DNA of 64,000 bases from an uncultured delta proteobacterium (GTDB lineage Bacteria; Desulfobacterota; RBG-13-43-22), in contig CAWGEQ010000050.1 in the NCBI GenBank assembly GCA_963821645.1, positions 174 to 64,173 of the forward strand, written 5' to 3'. The notes below the pieces were generated by a model, which saw only the letters and a list, made by a program, of their open reading frames with translations, was not told the origin of the DNA and did not search any database. The position numbers and the translations under genes were made by a program. Positions 10,281-19,825 of this stretch are shown here, piece by piece. The stretch's first letter is position 1; every line of letters starts with the position of its first letter.

Positions 10281-12092
10281 TTATCTCCGTTTAAACCGTT
10301 TTTCAATTTCCTCCCAGGAAATCAAGATCCAAAGGGGACGTCCATGAGGACAATGGGAAGGACTTTCGGTTTGATCCAATTGAGTCAACAGGGATTTTAT
10401 TTCCTCCGGGGTCAAAACCTGACCGGCCCGGATTGCACTGTGGCAGGCCAGGAGCCTTAACAAAGATTTTGGACAGGCCTCCTGATTTGATAAACCGCCT
10501 TCAGTCTTCATCTCCTCCAGGATTTCTTTGATGACCTCTTCGGCCTGGCCTAATCTAATGCCGACAGGCAGGGATTTTACCCACAAGCTGCCTCCACCAG
10601 CCGAAGTTATCTCAAACCCGAGCACACCCAATTCCGATTGGATCGATTCAATCTCGAAGCTCCCTCCGGGAGGTTGCTCGATCAGGATGGGGACAATGAG
10701 ATACTGGGAAGATACCCTTCCGGTTTTCCATTGACTCAAGTATTGTTCATAAAGAATTCTTTCATGAGCCGCATGCTGGTCGATCAAAATCAGACCTCGG
10801 TCCATTAGGGCCAGAAGATAAGTCCCCTGGAGCTGGGTTATAATGGTTAACCGGGAAAAGCCCCCCTCCTGATAAGTCTCTAAATGCCCGTCAGGAGGCT
10901 TATCAAAGACCTGTTCACCCGCTTGATCCCGAAGAAGGACCCTGGGGACACCCCCTGATAATAACGGCATTAGGTCTTCTACTCCGGTCGAAGCAGTCGA
11001 AAAATTCTGGAAACCGGAATCTTTAAAGAGAAAAGGTTGGGTTTGGCCCGGTAACCAGGTTGAATGGAGAAACTCTTTCTCGGTCCAGTTCGGTTTAGGC
11101 ACATGGGATTTCAAGGCCTGTCCGAGGGCCCTGCCGACCAAAGTTTGAATCCAGGAGGTTTGACTGAAACGTACTTCCTGTTTTGTGGGATGAATATTGA
11201 CATCGATCAATTCCGGAGGAACTTCCATCCAAAGCGCTATGGTGGGAAAACGGCCAGAGGGGATCATACCGGCATAAGCCCGCAGGATCAAGGGATATAG
11301 GAGGGGACTGCGAACCCACCGCTGATTGACTACAAAAGCAATATGCCTGGAAGTATTCTGGTGTAAGTGCGGGGGAGCGATAAAGCCGGAAATTCGAATT
11401 CGATCCTCCGTTAAATCTACCGGGATCAACCCGTTCGTTCTTTCGGGCCCCCATATTTCTCTCAGGCGAAGGACCTTGTCCGGTGAGGGGAAAAGTTGGA
11501 GGATTTTTTTCCCGTTGTGGGTCATTTCAAAACGAATGGAAGGGAATCCTAAAGCCACCCTCTCCAAGGCGATTTGGATCTGGTTCCACTCGACCCTGGG
11601 GCTTTTCAAAAAGGCCATCCGGGCCGGTGTATTGTAGAAAAGATCCATGACCTCCACTACCGTCCCGGAAGCTCCCCCGACTTCCTCCAGGCCTATTTTT
11701 TTACCTCCCCAGATCTCCAAACGATGGCCGGATAGGCCTCCTCTGGGAATGGAAATAATGGTCATCCGGCTGACCGCAGCTATGCTGGGCAGGGCCTCTC
11801 CACGAAAGCCCATCGATTTCAGGGCCATCAGATCGGCATATTCCCGGATTTTACTGGTGGCATGGCGCTCGATGGCCAAGAGCAGGTCTTCCTTGGTCAT
11901 CCCCCGGCCGTTATCCATAACCCGGATAGAGGACTTCCCCGATTGGATGATATCAATTTGGATGTCGGATGCCCCGGCATCAACGGAATTTTCCAACAAT
12001 TCCTTGACGGCCGAGGCCGGTCTTTCAACGACTTCGCCGGCAGCGATTTGATTAATCAATGATTCGGGAAGTAAGCGGATCGAGGCGTTCAT
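10281..12092 (-). CDS. mutL: DNA mismatch repair protein MutL
   Basis: 603 aa with the N-terminal GHKL ATPase motifs IRLLPESLINQIAAGEVVERPASAVKELLENSVDAG and a C-terminal dimerization domain. Confidence 0.95.
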   Translation of the reverse strand: MNASIRLLPESLINQIAAGEVVERPASAVKELLENSVDAGASDIQIDIIQSGKSSIRVMDNGRGMTKEDLLLAIERHATSKIREYADLMALKSMGFRGEALPSIAAVSRMTIISIPRGGLSGHRLEIWGGKKIGLEEVGGASGTVVEVMDLFYNTPARMAFLKSPRVEWNQIQIALERVALGFPSIRFEMTHNGKKILQLFPSPDKVLRLREIWGPERTNGLIPVDLTEDRIRISGFIAPPHLHQNTSRHIAFVVNQRWVRSPLLYPLILRAYAGMIPSGRFPTIALWMEVPPELIDVNIHPTKQEVRFSQTSWIQTLVGRALGQALKSHVPKPNWTEKEFLHSTWLPGQTQPFLFKDSGFQNFSTASTGVEDLMPLLSGGVPRVLLRDQAGEQVFDKPPDGHLETYQEGGFSRLTIITQLQGTYLLALMDRGLILIDQHAAHERILYEQYLSQWKTGRVSSQYLIVPILIEQPPGGSFEIESIQSELGVLGFEITSAGGGSLWVKSLPVGIRLGQAEEVIKEILEEMKTEGGLSNQEACPKSLLRLLACHSAIRAGQVLTPEEIKSLLTQLDQTESPSHCPHGRPLWILISWEEIEKRFKRR

Positions 12093-12521
12093 GGGTGATT
12101 ATCTTTATATAGCATAAAAAAAAATTTTATCAACCTCCGCATTCGGAAACGAATCCGAAATTCGGATATTTCCAAATAAACCCTTGATTTTCCTTTAGGC
12201 CATAAGGTATCTTTTGTTCTAAGGAGGGCTGGTCAGGTTCTTCTTAACCGAGGGGCCTCTGCCTGAAGAAACGCCTTCTTCCTTACGGCAGAGGCCCCCT
12301 AATTATGATTCCTGAAGGCCAATGGCCTGTTTTCGTTAAGGAGGTTTAAAGCGGATGAAACCTGAAGAAGAGATGATCTATAAAGACAGCCAAGGAAGTG
12401 GTGATCAAATACATTGAAATCGGCCGTCTGCCCTTGACCGGTTTTGACGAAGCCTTTCGAAGTATCTATAAAACGATCCAAGAAACCGTCCGGCCGGAAA
12501 AGTGATGGGCAAGGAAGTCTA

Positions 12522-13304
12522 TCAAAGTTGCGGGGGAAAATCACCGGCTTCAGTTTCAGGATAAAGCACTTTTCTCAGGAATAACCCTTGTGCCGGGGCC
12601 ATTTCTCCGGCCCTGGATCGATCTTTTGATTGGATAATTTTTTTAAATTCTTCCATGGAAATTCGCTTCAAACCGACGCGGATGAGGACTCCCACCATAT
12701 TTCGAATCATGTGCCTCAAAAATCCATCGGCCTTAAACCTCAGACGAAATCCGCCCCAGGGCATCGGAAGAAAATCCGCCCGATAGATAGTTCGAACCGC
12801 ATGGGCGACCTCACTCCCCTGAGATTGAAAGCTGGAAAAATCCTGTTCCCCGATCAAAAGGGATAAACCGTCTTTGAGCAGGGCAATATCTATGGGTTCC
12901 CGAACGAACCAGACATAGTGGCGGAAAAAAGGGATGACCTGAGTTTGATTCCAGATCCAATAATCATAGATCTTGGCTTTGCTGGAGTAGCGGGCATGAA
13001 AGGTTGAGGCCACTTCTTGGACTTGGCGGATGGCAATATCCCCTGGTAATAGGGCCTTCAGGGCGGTCTCTATTTTCATAGCGGTCAAATCGGAGGTAGT
13101 CCGAAAATTGGCCACTTGTCCCCAGGCATGGACTCCGGCATCGGTCCTTCCGGCCCCATTCAGAGAAATCTTTTCCTGAGTTATTCGAGAAAGAATTCCT
13201 TCGATTGTCCCCTGAATCGTCGGGCCTTCCTTTTGCCTTTGCCAGCCCAGAAAACGGGTCCCATCATAGGCAATCAAGAGGCGAATATTTCGTTCCCGGT
13301 TCAT
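12522..13304 (-). CDS. truA: tRNA pseudouridine(38-40) synthase TruA
   Basis: 260 aa with IAYDGTRFLGWQRQ and GAGRTDAGVHA (catalytic Asp motif). Confidence 0.93.
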   Translation of the reverse strand: MNRERNIRLLIAYDGTRFLGWQRQKEGPTIQGTIEGILSRITQEKISLNGAGRTDAGVHAWGQVANFRTTSDLTAMKIETALKALLPGDIAIRQVQEVASTFHARYSSKAKIYDYWIWNQTQVIPFFRHYVWFVREPIDIALLKDGLSLLIGEQDFSSFQSQGSEVAHAVRTIYRADFLPMPWGGFRLRFKADGFLRHMIRNMVGVLIRVGLKRISMEEFKKIIQSKDRSRAGEMAPAQGLFLRKVLYPETEAGDFPPQL

Positions 13305-13434
13305 TTCATTATTGGGTTGGTTTGGTTTTTTCCTTTAGACAGGACTTACAGGATTAACAAGAATTTCTCCCCTTTCCAGGAGAAAGGGAAGAATAAAAAT
13401 CTAAAAAATCCTGATTATCCTATCTGGTGAAAAG

Positions 13435-14491
13435 TTATGGATACAAGGGAAGCTGGGTCAGACCAAGGGTCTGGTCCCAGCCAAAGAGGATATTCATGTT
13501 TTGAACGGCCTGCCCGGAGGCCCCTTTAACCAGATTATCAATCACCGACAGGATAATCAATTGTCCGGTTCGGGCATCCAAGCTCCAGCCGATACGGCAA
13601 TAGTTGGATCCCCTGACCTGTAAGGTGGAAGGCCACTCCCCTTCTTCGCACAAACGGACAAAAGGGGCTTCCCGGTAAAAAGCCTGATAAAGCCCGATCA
13701 AGTCCCGGATGGTTATCTTTTTTGTCGGTCATAGTGTAAATGGTCGACAGGATGCCCCTGGACATGGGGACCAGATGAGGGGTGAAGGTCAGCTTAACGG
13801 ATTGTTGGGCTATCAAGCTCAATTCCTGTTCCATTTCCGGGATGTGGCGATGCCCACCCCCGACTTTATAGGCATTAAATCCTTCGCCGGCCTCACAAAA
13901 CAGACTCCCCAGATTCAAGGCTCGCCCGGCCCCGCTGACGCCCGATTTGGAATCGGCGATGATTCCCTCTTTTTTTATCAGTTTTTCTTTTAGAAGCGGG
14001 GCTATTCCCAAGATGATACTCGTGGGATAACAACCAGGATTTCCGATCAATCGGGCCTGTTCGATCTCTTTGCCGTGAATCTCAGGCAAGCCGTAAACGG
14101 CCTGTTCCAGCAACCCAGGGGCAACATGGGTCACCTGATACCAAGCCTCATATTCTTTAACCGCTCTAATTCGAAAATCGGCGCTTAAATCTATGATTTT
14201 ACACTTTGGTCTCTTCATCATTTCAGGAATCAGTTCCATGGCCTTCTGGTGCGGGACGGCAGTAAAAATCACATCCGAATCCTTGGCTATCTCAGCCAGG
14301 TCTGTGGCCCCAAAGGCCAGCTTTGTTTTGCCCAGAGAGGGAAAAACATGATGGACCGGTTTCCCTTCATATTGTCTGGAAGTAACCCGAATGACCTCTA
14401 CCCCAGGGTGCCGCAATAAAAGGCGCAGAAGCTCAAGACCCGTATACCCGGACCCGCCGACTACCGTAACTTTCTTTTTTTCTTTTTTCAT
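13435..14491 (-). pseudogene. argC: N-acetyl-gamma-glutamyl-phosphate reductase ArgC, frame broken by one extra base
   Basis: The N-terminal ORF (GGSGYTGLELLRLL, GNPGCYPT) and the C-terminal ORF (IDNLVKGASGQAVQNMN) lie in different frames. The span is 3n+1. Dropping one A from the A6 run (plus T6 13718..13723) gives ...TMTDKKITIRDLIGLYQAF... Confidence 0.9.
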
Positions 14492-14525
14492 GATCCCTCA
14501 CCCCTTGATGATTGCTTAAGGAGAC

Positions 14526-14562
14526 AAAAAAAGGGAAGGCCTTCAGAGCCTTCCCTTTTTTT
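14526..14562 (-). terminator. Intrinsic (bidirectional-looking) terminator after rpsI
   Basis: AAAAAAA-GGGAAGGC-cttcaga-GCCTTCCC-TTTTTTT: a perfect 8-bp GC-rich stem flanked by A and T runs. Confidence 0.8.
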
Positions 14563-14584
14563 GTCATCTTCACCCAATCAAGGA

Positions 14585-14977
14585 CTATCGTTTTGAGTAT
14601 TGGAAACGAGCTCTGGCCCCTTTCTGACCGTACTTCTTTCGCTCTTTGACCCTCGAATCCCGGGTAATAAATCCGGCTTTCTTCAATACTGGACGGAGTT
14701 GCGGGTCATAGACCAAAAGGGCCTTACTGATTCCGTGTTTGATGGCCCCGGCCTGACCGGATAGACCCCCTCCGGTGACATTAACCAGGATATCAAATTT
14801 GCCCACTGTATCCGTCAGCTCGAGAGGTTGAAGAACAACCATCTTGGACGTCTCCCGGCTGAAATAACGATCGATGGGCCTGCCATTAATGGTGATCTGT
14901 CCGGCCCCCGGCCTCAACCAGGTACGGGCGATGGCTAATTTTCTTTTCCCTGTTGCGTAAAATTCCTTTTCGGCCAT
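14585..14977 (-). CDS. rpsI: 30S ribosomal protein S9
   Basis: 130 aa with [12 protein letters not shown]...[19 protein letters not shown]...[17 protein letters not shown]. Confidence 0.95.
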   Translation of the reverse strand: MAEKEFYATGKRKLAIARTWLRPGAGQITINGRPIDRYFSRETSKMVVLQPLELTDTVGKFDILVNVTGGGLSGQAGAIKHGISKALLVYDPQLRPVLKKAGFITRDSRVKERKKYGQKGARARFQYSKR

Positions 14978-14993
14978 ATTCTCTTCCTGACTT

Positions 14994-15419
14994 TTAAGAT
15001 AATATCATGGGTTGTTGGGCCACATGGGGATGTTCCGGACCAACATAAACCTTTAATTTTTTATTAAGTTTCCTGCCAAGACTGTTTTTAGGCAGCATCC
15101 CTTTAACCGCCTGGCGAATGAGTTCTTGGGGCTTTTTCTCTTTCAATTTTTTGGCCGTAATGGATTTCAGCCCGCCGATAAATCCGGTATGTCGGTAGTA
15201 AACCTTTTGTTCTAATTTTCTTCCGGTCAAAACAATTTTTTCGGCATTGACCACGATCACAAAGTCCCCCGTATCGGCATAAGGGACAAATTGGGGGTTA
15301 TTTTTACCTCTCAGCCGTTGGGCCACCTCAGAAGCCAGCCGCCCCAGGACCTTCCCATCGGCGTTGATTAGGCACCAGCCTCGTTTGATTTCGTCTTGTC
15401 TTGGAATGTAGCTTTTCAT
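14994..15419 (-). CDS. rplM: 50S ribosomal protein L13
   Basis: 141 aa with [21 protein letters not shown], the typical L13 N-terminus. Upstream of rpsI. Confidence 0.95.
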   Translation of the reverse strand: MKSYIPRQDEIKRGWCLINADGKVLGRLASEVAQRLRGKNNPQFVPYADTGDFVIVVNAEKIVLTGRKLEQKVYYRHTGFIGGLKSITAKKLKEKKPQELIRQAVKGMLPKNSLGRKLNKKLKVYVGPEHPHVAQQPMILS

Positions 15420-15450
15420 GATTTTCTTAACTCCGTATTTAAAAAGGTAA

Positions 15451-15478
15451 ATATTAACGAAAAAAAATTTTTTGTCAA
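15451..15478 (-). promoter_or_regulatory. Candidate sigma-70 promoter of rplM-rpsI
   Basis: Minus strand reads TTGACA (15478..15473), a 16-nt spacer, then TAATAT (15456..15451), about 30 nt upstream of the rplM ATG. Confidence 0.45.
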
Positions 15479-15638
15479 TAAAATTATTTAAAATTTTTCA
15501 GTCGAGGGAAAAGCTCAAAGGATATGGGGCTTGAATCTAAACCATAGGAAAACCCATAAGTCCCTTGAATAAACTTCCAAAATCGGATATATTTTATTTT
15601 TTAGATTATTAGGAGGCTTTCCCCCTTTTAAAAAACAA

Positions 15639-16359
15639 ATGAATACCCTTGACCAACTCCAATATTCTCTGGGCTACTGGTTTAAAGATCTCTCAATTTT
15701 AAAACAAGCCGTTACCCATCGTTCCTATGTGAACGAACATCCCGACATCGGCCATGAGGCATAATGAACGGTTGGAATTCTTAGGGGATGCGGTTCTGAA
15801 TTTGACCCTGAGCGATTTATTACTAAAAAAATATCCGGACCTGCCTGAGGGGAGTCTTTCTAAAATCCGGGCCGGCCAGGTGAACGAAAAAAAACTGGCG
15901 GCCTTATCCCTCCAATTGGGGTTGGGGGCCTTTTTATTGATCGGAAAAGGAGAGGAACAGACCGGGGGTCGTGAAAAGGCCTCCATCCTGGCCAATGCCT
16001 TTGAAGCCGTTCTCGGGGCCATCTATCTGGAAGGGGGATTTCAATCGGCCATGACCTTTATCGACCGCCTTTTCCAATCCCACATTGACGATGATCAATA
16101 CCAGGGCCCAGGGGATCACAAAACCTTTTTGCAGGAATACTGCCAGGGAAAGCTGAAAACAATCCCGGCCTATACGGTCTATCGGGAGGAAGGTCCGGAT
16201 CACCAGAAAATATTTTTCGTCGAGGTGAAAATCCAAGGGCGAGTTGTTTCCAAGGGAAAGGGCAAAACCAAAAAAGAAGCCCAGCAAAAGGCCGCTGAAG
16301 AGGCGCTAAGACAATTAAAGCTGGAAGTTGCAGAAAATACCCTTGATTTTATGCCTTAA
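15639..16359 (+). pseudogene. rnc: Ribonuclease III, frame broken by one extra base
   Basis: The frame from ATG 15639 (LGYWFKDLSILKQAVTHRSYVNE) stops at TAA 15762. The ORF from 15754 then carries NERLEFLGDAVL and a dsRBD. The span is 3n+1, with the shift between about 15745 and 15761. Confidence 0.9.
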
Positions 16360-16403
16360 GGATTCCCCTTGGAGTTTTCAAATTTGAGTCTTTTTTCTAA
16401 AAT

Positions 16404-17421
16404 ATGAATCCATTTATTATTCCCATATTTCTCCCCCAAATGGGCTGTTCTTACCATTGTCTCTATTGCAATCAAAAAACCATTACCCGGAGCCCGACCA
16501 GGCCCCTTGATTGGGATACCCTTGCCGCTATTGTCGAGGCCGGTTTGTCCTCCAAGCGAAAAAAGCCCGGACAGATGGTCGAGATCGCCTTTTTCGGCGG
16601 AACCTTCACCAATCTACCTTCGGCCCTCCAAGAACGCCTCCTCACCTGGGCGGGCCATTATTTGTCCGAACAACGGATAGCCTCTATTCGTATTTCGACG
16701 CGCCCCGACGCCCTCTCTGAAAAAAATATTGAGCCACTTTTGGCTCTTGGGGTTAGGACCATTGAATTGGGGGTTCAGTCCCTTGATGATGAGGTTTTGA
16801 CCCTGTCGAACCGGGGGCACACCGCCCGAGACGCCGTCCAGACCCTGGCTTTATTAAAAAAATATCCGATCCAAATCGGAATTCAATTGATGGCCGGACT
16901 CCCGGGAGATACGGCCGGGGGATTTCTTGAGACCATTAGACAAACAGTCGCCCTTAAACCCGATTTTGTCCGGATCTATCCGACCCTGGTCTTTCGAGAC
17001 ACTCCTTTGGCTCGGTGGTGGCGGCAAAAGCGGTATCAACCTCTATCTCTTGCCGAAGCCGTTTCTTTATGCAGCCGGGCTTTGGAACATTTTTGAAGAA
17101 AACGGCATCCGAGTCATCCGTATTGGTCTTCAGGAAAATGAGGGAATACGCCTTGGAAGGGATTTGATTGCCGGGCCCCATCACCCGGCCTTCGGCTCTC
17201 TGGTCCGGGGAGAATGTTTCACGAAAAAAATACTTCAGCGCTTAAGTGCCCAAAAATCACTCCCCTCCCGGCTTGGCCTCGAAATCGGTCCCAAAGACTT
17301 ATCTTATCTTACCGGAAACAAAAGAAAGAATTTGGTTCGTTTAATAAAGGAATCCGGGGTTGATATGATCGATTTAAACAGTGACCCGAGGCTGCCTTCT
17401 GGATCATGGCGCTGGGTCTGA
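16404..17421 (+). pseudogene. Radical SAM protein (ELP3/COG1243-like), frame broken by one extra base
   Basis: CSYHCLYC (CxxxCxxC) lies near the N-terminus. The two ORFs join if the T5 run 17090..17094 is read as T4 (...ALEHFEENGIRVIRIGLQ...). The span is 3n+1. Confidence 0.7.
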
Positions 17422-17448
17422 CCCTTGATTGAATAATAGAGAAAAATC

Positions 17449-18345
17449 ATGTCTTTTAAATCCGGATTCATTGCCATCCTCGGGGCCCCCAACGTGGGAA
17501 AATCGACCCTCCTCAATGCCTTGTTGGGACAAAAGATTTCCATCGTTTCCTCCCGTCCGCAAACTACCCGAAACCGTATTCTGGGAGTGAAGCATGTCAC
17601 CGGGGGCCAGTTCATTTTTCTGGATACGCCGGGGATCCTGGAACCCAAAGGTTTGCTCAACAAATCCCTGAACCAAATCTCCCTGAAATCCCTGGGTGAG
17701 GTCGACCTGATATGTCTGCTCATCGATCCCTTTTCCGCCCATCCATCAATACCGGAACATCTTCGCTCCCGGCTGGCCAGGACTAAGATCCCTCTTTTTC
17801 TGGTCATCAATAAAATCGATCTTATCGATAAAAAGAACCTCCTTCCCCTTATGGCTCAGGCCTCAAATTTGCTCCCTTTTAAGGAAATCATCCCGGTCTC
17901 GGCCTTGACCGGAGAAGGCTTGGAGATCCTGGAAAGAAGCCTTTTCCAGATCCTTCCCGAAGGTCCGCCATTCTTTCCGGAGGATATGGTCACCGACCTT
18001 TCAGAAAAATTCCTGGTGGGGGAAATAATCCGGGAAAAAATATTTCGCTTAACCTCCCAGGAGGTTCCCTATGGGGTGGCGGTGACCGTCGAATCCTTCA
18101 AACCAAGGGAGCATAAGCCCATAATCGACATCCAGGCCACTATTCATGTGGAACGGGAATCACAAAAAGGGATCCTCATCGGCAAGCAGGGGAAAATGCT
18201 GAAAACCATCGGACAGCAGGCCCGGCTGGGAATAGAGACCCTGTTGGGAACCAAGGTCTTTTTAGAGTTGTGGGTCCGGGTGGAAAAGGACTGGAGCAAG
18301 GAGCCTAAGTTCTTGAGGAAGTTCGGGTATGAGGAGCCGGGATGA
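17449..18345 (+). CDS. era: GTPase Era
   Basis: 298 aa with GAPNVGKST, DTPG and NKID G-motifs and a C-terminal KH domain. Conserved rnc...era neighbourhood. Confidence 0.95.
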   Translation: MSFKSGFIAILGAPNVGKSTLLNALLGQKISIVSSRPQTTRNRILGVKHVTGGQFIFLDTPGILEPKGLLNKSLNQISLKSLGEVDLICLLIDPFSAHPSIPEHLRSRLARTKIPLFLVINKIDLIDKKNLLPLMAQASNLLPFKEIIPVSALTGEGLEILERSLFQILPEGPPFFPEDMVTDLSEKFLVGEIIREKIFRLTSQEVPYGVAVTVESFKPREHKPIIDIQATIHVERESQKGILIGKQGKMLKTIGQQARLGIETLLGTKVFLELWVRVEKDWSKEPKFLRKFGYEEPG

Positions 18346-18370
18346 TTTGAGATCGGAGGATTGGGTAAAA

Positions 18371-18455
18371 GATACTGGATGCCTGATACTGGATACTGGA
18401 TAAAATCTTCAGCCGGTGTCTTGCATCCAGCATCGAGTATCCAGTATCCAGTATC
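18371..18455. repeat. 31-nt imperfect inverted repeat built from GATACTG heptamers (long hairpin) between convergent era and bamA
   Basis: The left arm 18371..18401 and the reverse complement of the right arm 18425..18455 match at 26 of 31 positions by hand alignment. The loop is 23 nt. Confidence 0.75.
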
Positions 18456-18485
18456 CGCTCTTATTCCCTCATTCCCAAATCCGCA

Positions 18486-19637
18486 CTATTTTTGGGGTTT
18501 ACCCAGCACGGACTCGAAGAAGCCCTCATCCAAAAGTTGGCCTTCGGCGATATTCTGGCGATATTTCAGGAAATCAATGACATCCTTACCGGTAATCTTC
18601 TTGGTATTAAAGGCCCCAAAGCCTAAGAAGGCCTCTCCCATCATATTGGCCGCCAACCAGTGCCGGTTATAGTTCTTCGAATAATCCCAGAAGAATTTCT
18701 TCTTGGCCCGGACGGAATCAATCGACTTGATCAGGCAGCCCGGGAAAAGGTTGGCAAAGGTCCAGACCACTTTATCCACTTCGGCGTCCAGAAGCGCGAA
18801 GTCATAATCATTGGCCTTCAGCTTGCCGTTGACCCATTCTCTGGCCTTTTTAAATTCATCACCCTTCTTAAACTCGCCGTAAACAATTTCGCCGTCCTCG
18901 ACATACTGCCCCGTAATGACTTGGGGGTTACGGGCCCAATTGCCTTTTTCATCCTTAAGGACCGGCACACACTTGGAGATAAGTGTTTTGGCCTTCATCT
19001 TATAGGCGCTCCACATCTCGCAGCTCACGCAATTCCACATGGCGTCTTCCATGCTTAAAAACCAGGGGAGGAAGTCGGAAGAACCTCCATCCGGGGCGGA
19101 ACCATGCCGCGGTCCTGCCTGTCCGTAGATGGCCAGATCTGAAGAGATGGCCAGATCACAGGCCATACCGATCTCCTGCCCCCCGGCCACTCTCATGCCA
19201 TTGACGCGGCAAATCACCGGTTTCTTGCAGGCTAAAATGGCATCAACCATGTTGTTGAAAAGTTCCATGTAAGCCCCATACTCTTCCGGCCGGCGGCTGT
19301 AGTATTCCGAATACTCTTTGGTGTTCCCGCCGGTGCAAAAAGCATAAGGACCGGTTCCGGTAAATATGGTGGCCACGACCGATCGGTCCGTTGAAGAATT
19401 CTCCATTCCGGCGATGACCCCTTTGACCATTTCCGTGGTATAGGAGTTATACTGGGTCGGATTGTTCAGAATAACCCAAGCCACATGAAGACCCGGGACA
19501 ATATTCCCCTTCGGGTCCTTTAAAGGTCTTTTCTCATAAATGGTGCAGGGGGCCTGCGTACCAAAGTGCTCCGAACCATAGCGGTCATGATTCTTTATTC
19601 CATCTTCTCTCGGTACCCATTCAATTCCCATAATCAA
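18486..19637 (-). CDS. bamA: 6-oxocyclohex-1-ene-1-carbonyl-CoA hydrolase (ring-cleaving BamA/Oah)
   Basis: 383 aa crotonase-fold protein containing QYNSYTT and GQEIGMA. These are the peptide motifs targeted by the published bamA SP9/ASP1 marker primers. Confidence 0.85.
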   Translation of the reverse strand: MIMGIEWVPREDGIKNHDRYGSEHFGTQAPCTIYEKRPLKDPKGNIVPGLHVAWVILNNPTQYNSYTTEMVKGVIAGMENSSTDRSVVATIFTGTGPYAFCTGGNTKEYSEYYSRRPEEYGAYMELFNNMVDAILACKKPVICRVNGMRVAGGQEIGMACDLAISSDLAIYGQAGPRHGSAPDGGSSDFLPWFLSMEDAMWNCVSCEMWSAYKMKAKTLISKCVPVLKDEKGNWARNPQVITGQYVEDGEIVYGEFKKGDEFKKAREWVNGKLKANDYDFALLDAEVDKVVWTFANLFPGCLIKSIDSVRAKKKFFWDYSKNYNRHWLAANMMGEAFLGFGAFNTKKITGKDVIDFLKYRQNIAEGQLLDEGFFESVLGKPQK

Positions 19638-19740
19638 TTCCTCCTTTTCAACTTTGTTTTCTTAGTTTTTTAAGTTTAATTTCAAAACGCCTGACAGGTA
19701 TCAAACCTTCCGGCACCTGTGGGCACCACGAAGGATGAAA

Positions 19741-19825
19741 ATATCGAATATCGAAAGGAAGGTAAAAACAAACCACTTCATGATTCGAAATTCGATGTTC
19801 TAAATTCAATATTCGAATTTTCGTT
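19741..19825. repeat. Intergenic repeat family B, copy 1
   Basis: The core TCGAAAGGAAGGTAAAAACAAACCACTTCATGATTCGAAATTCGATGTTC recurs, inverted, at 54596..54660. It is flanked by TCGAAT-type short repeats. Confidence 0.7.

Noticed and set aside
12299-12544. 81-aa minus-strand ORF in the truA-mutL spacer
   Set aside because: It has an odd composition and no recognisable motif or RBS, and it overlaps the truA 3' end. It also runs antisense to a better-supported SD-led small ORF and through a strong hairpin.
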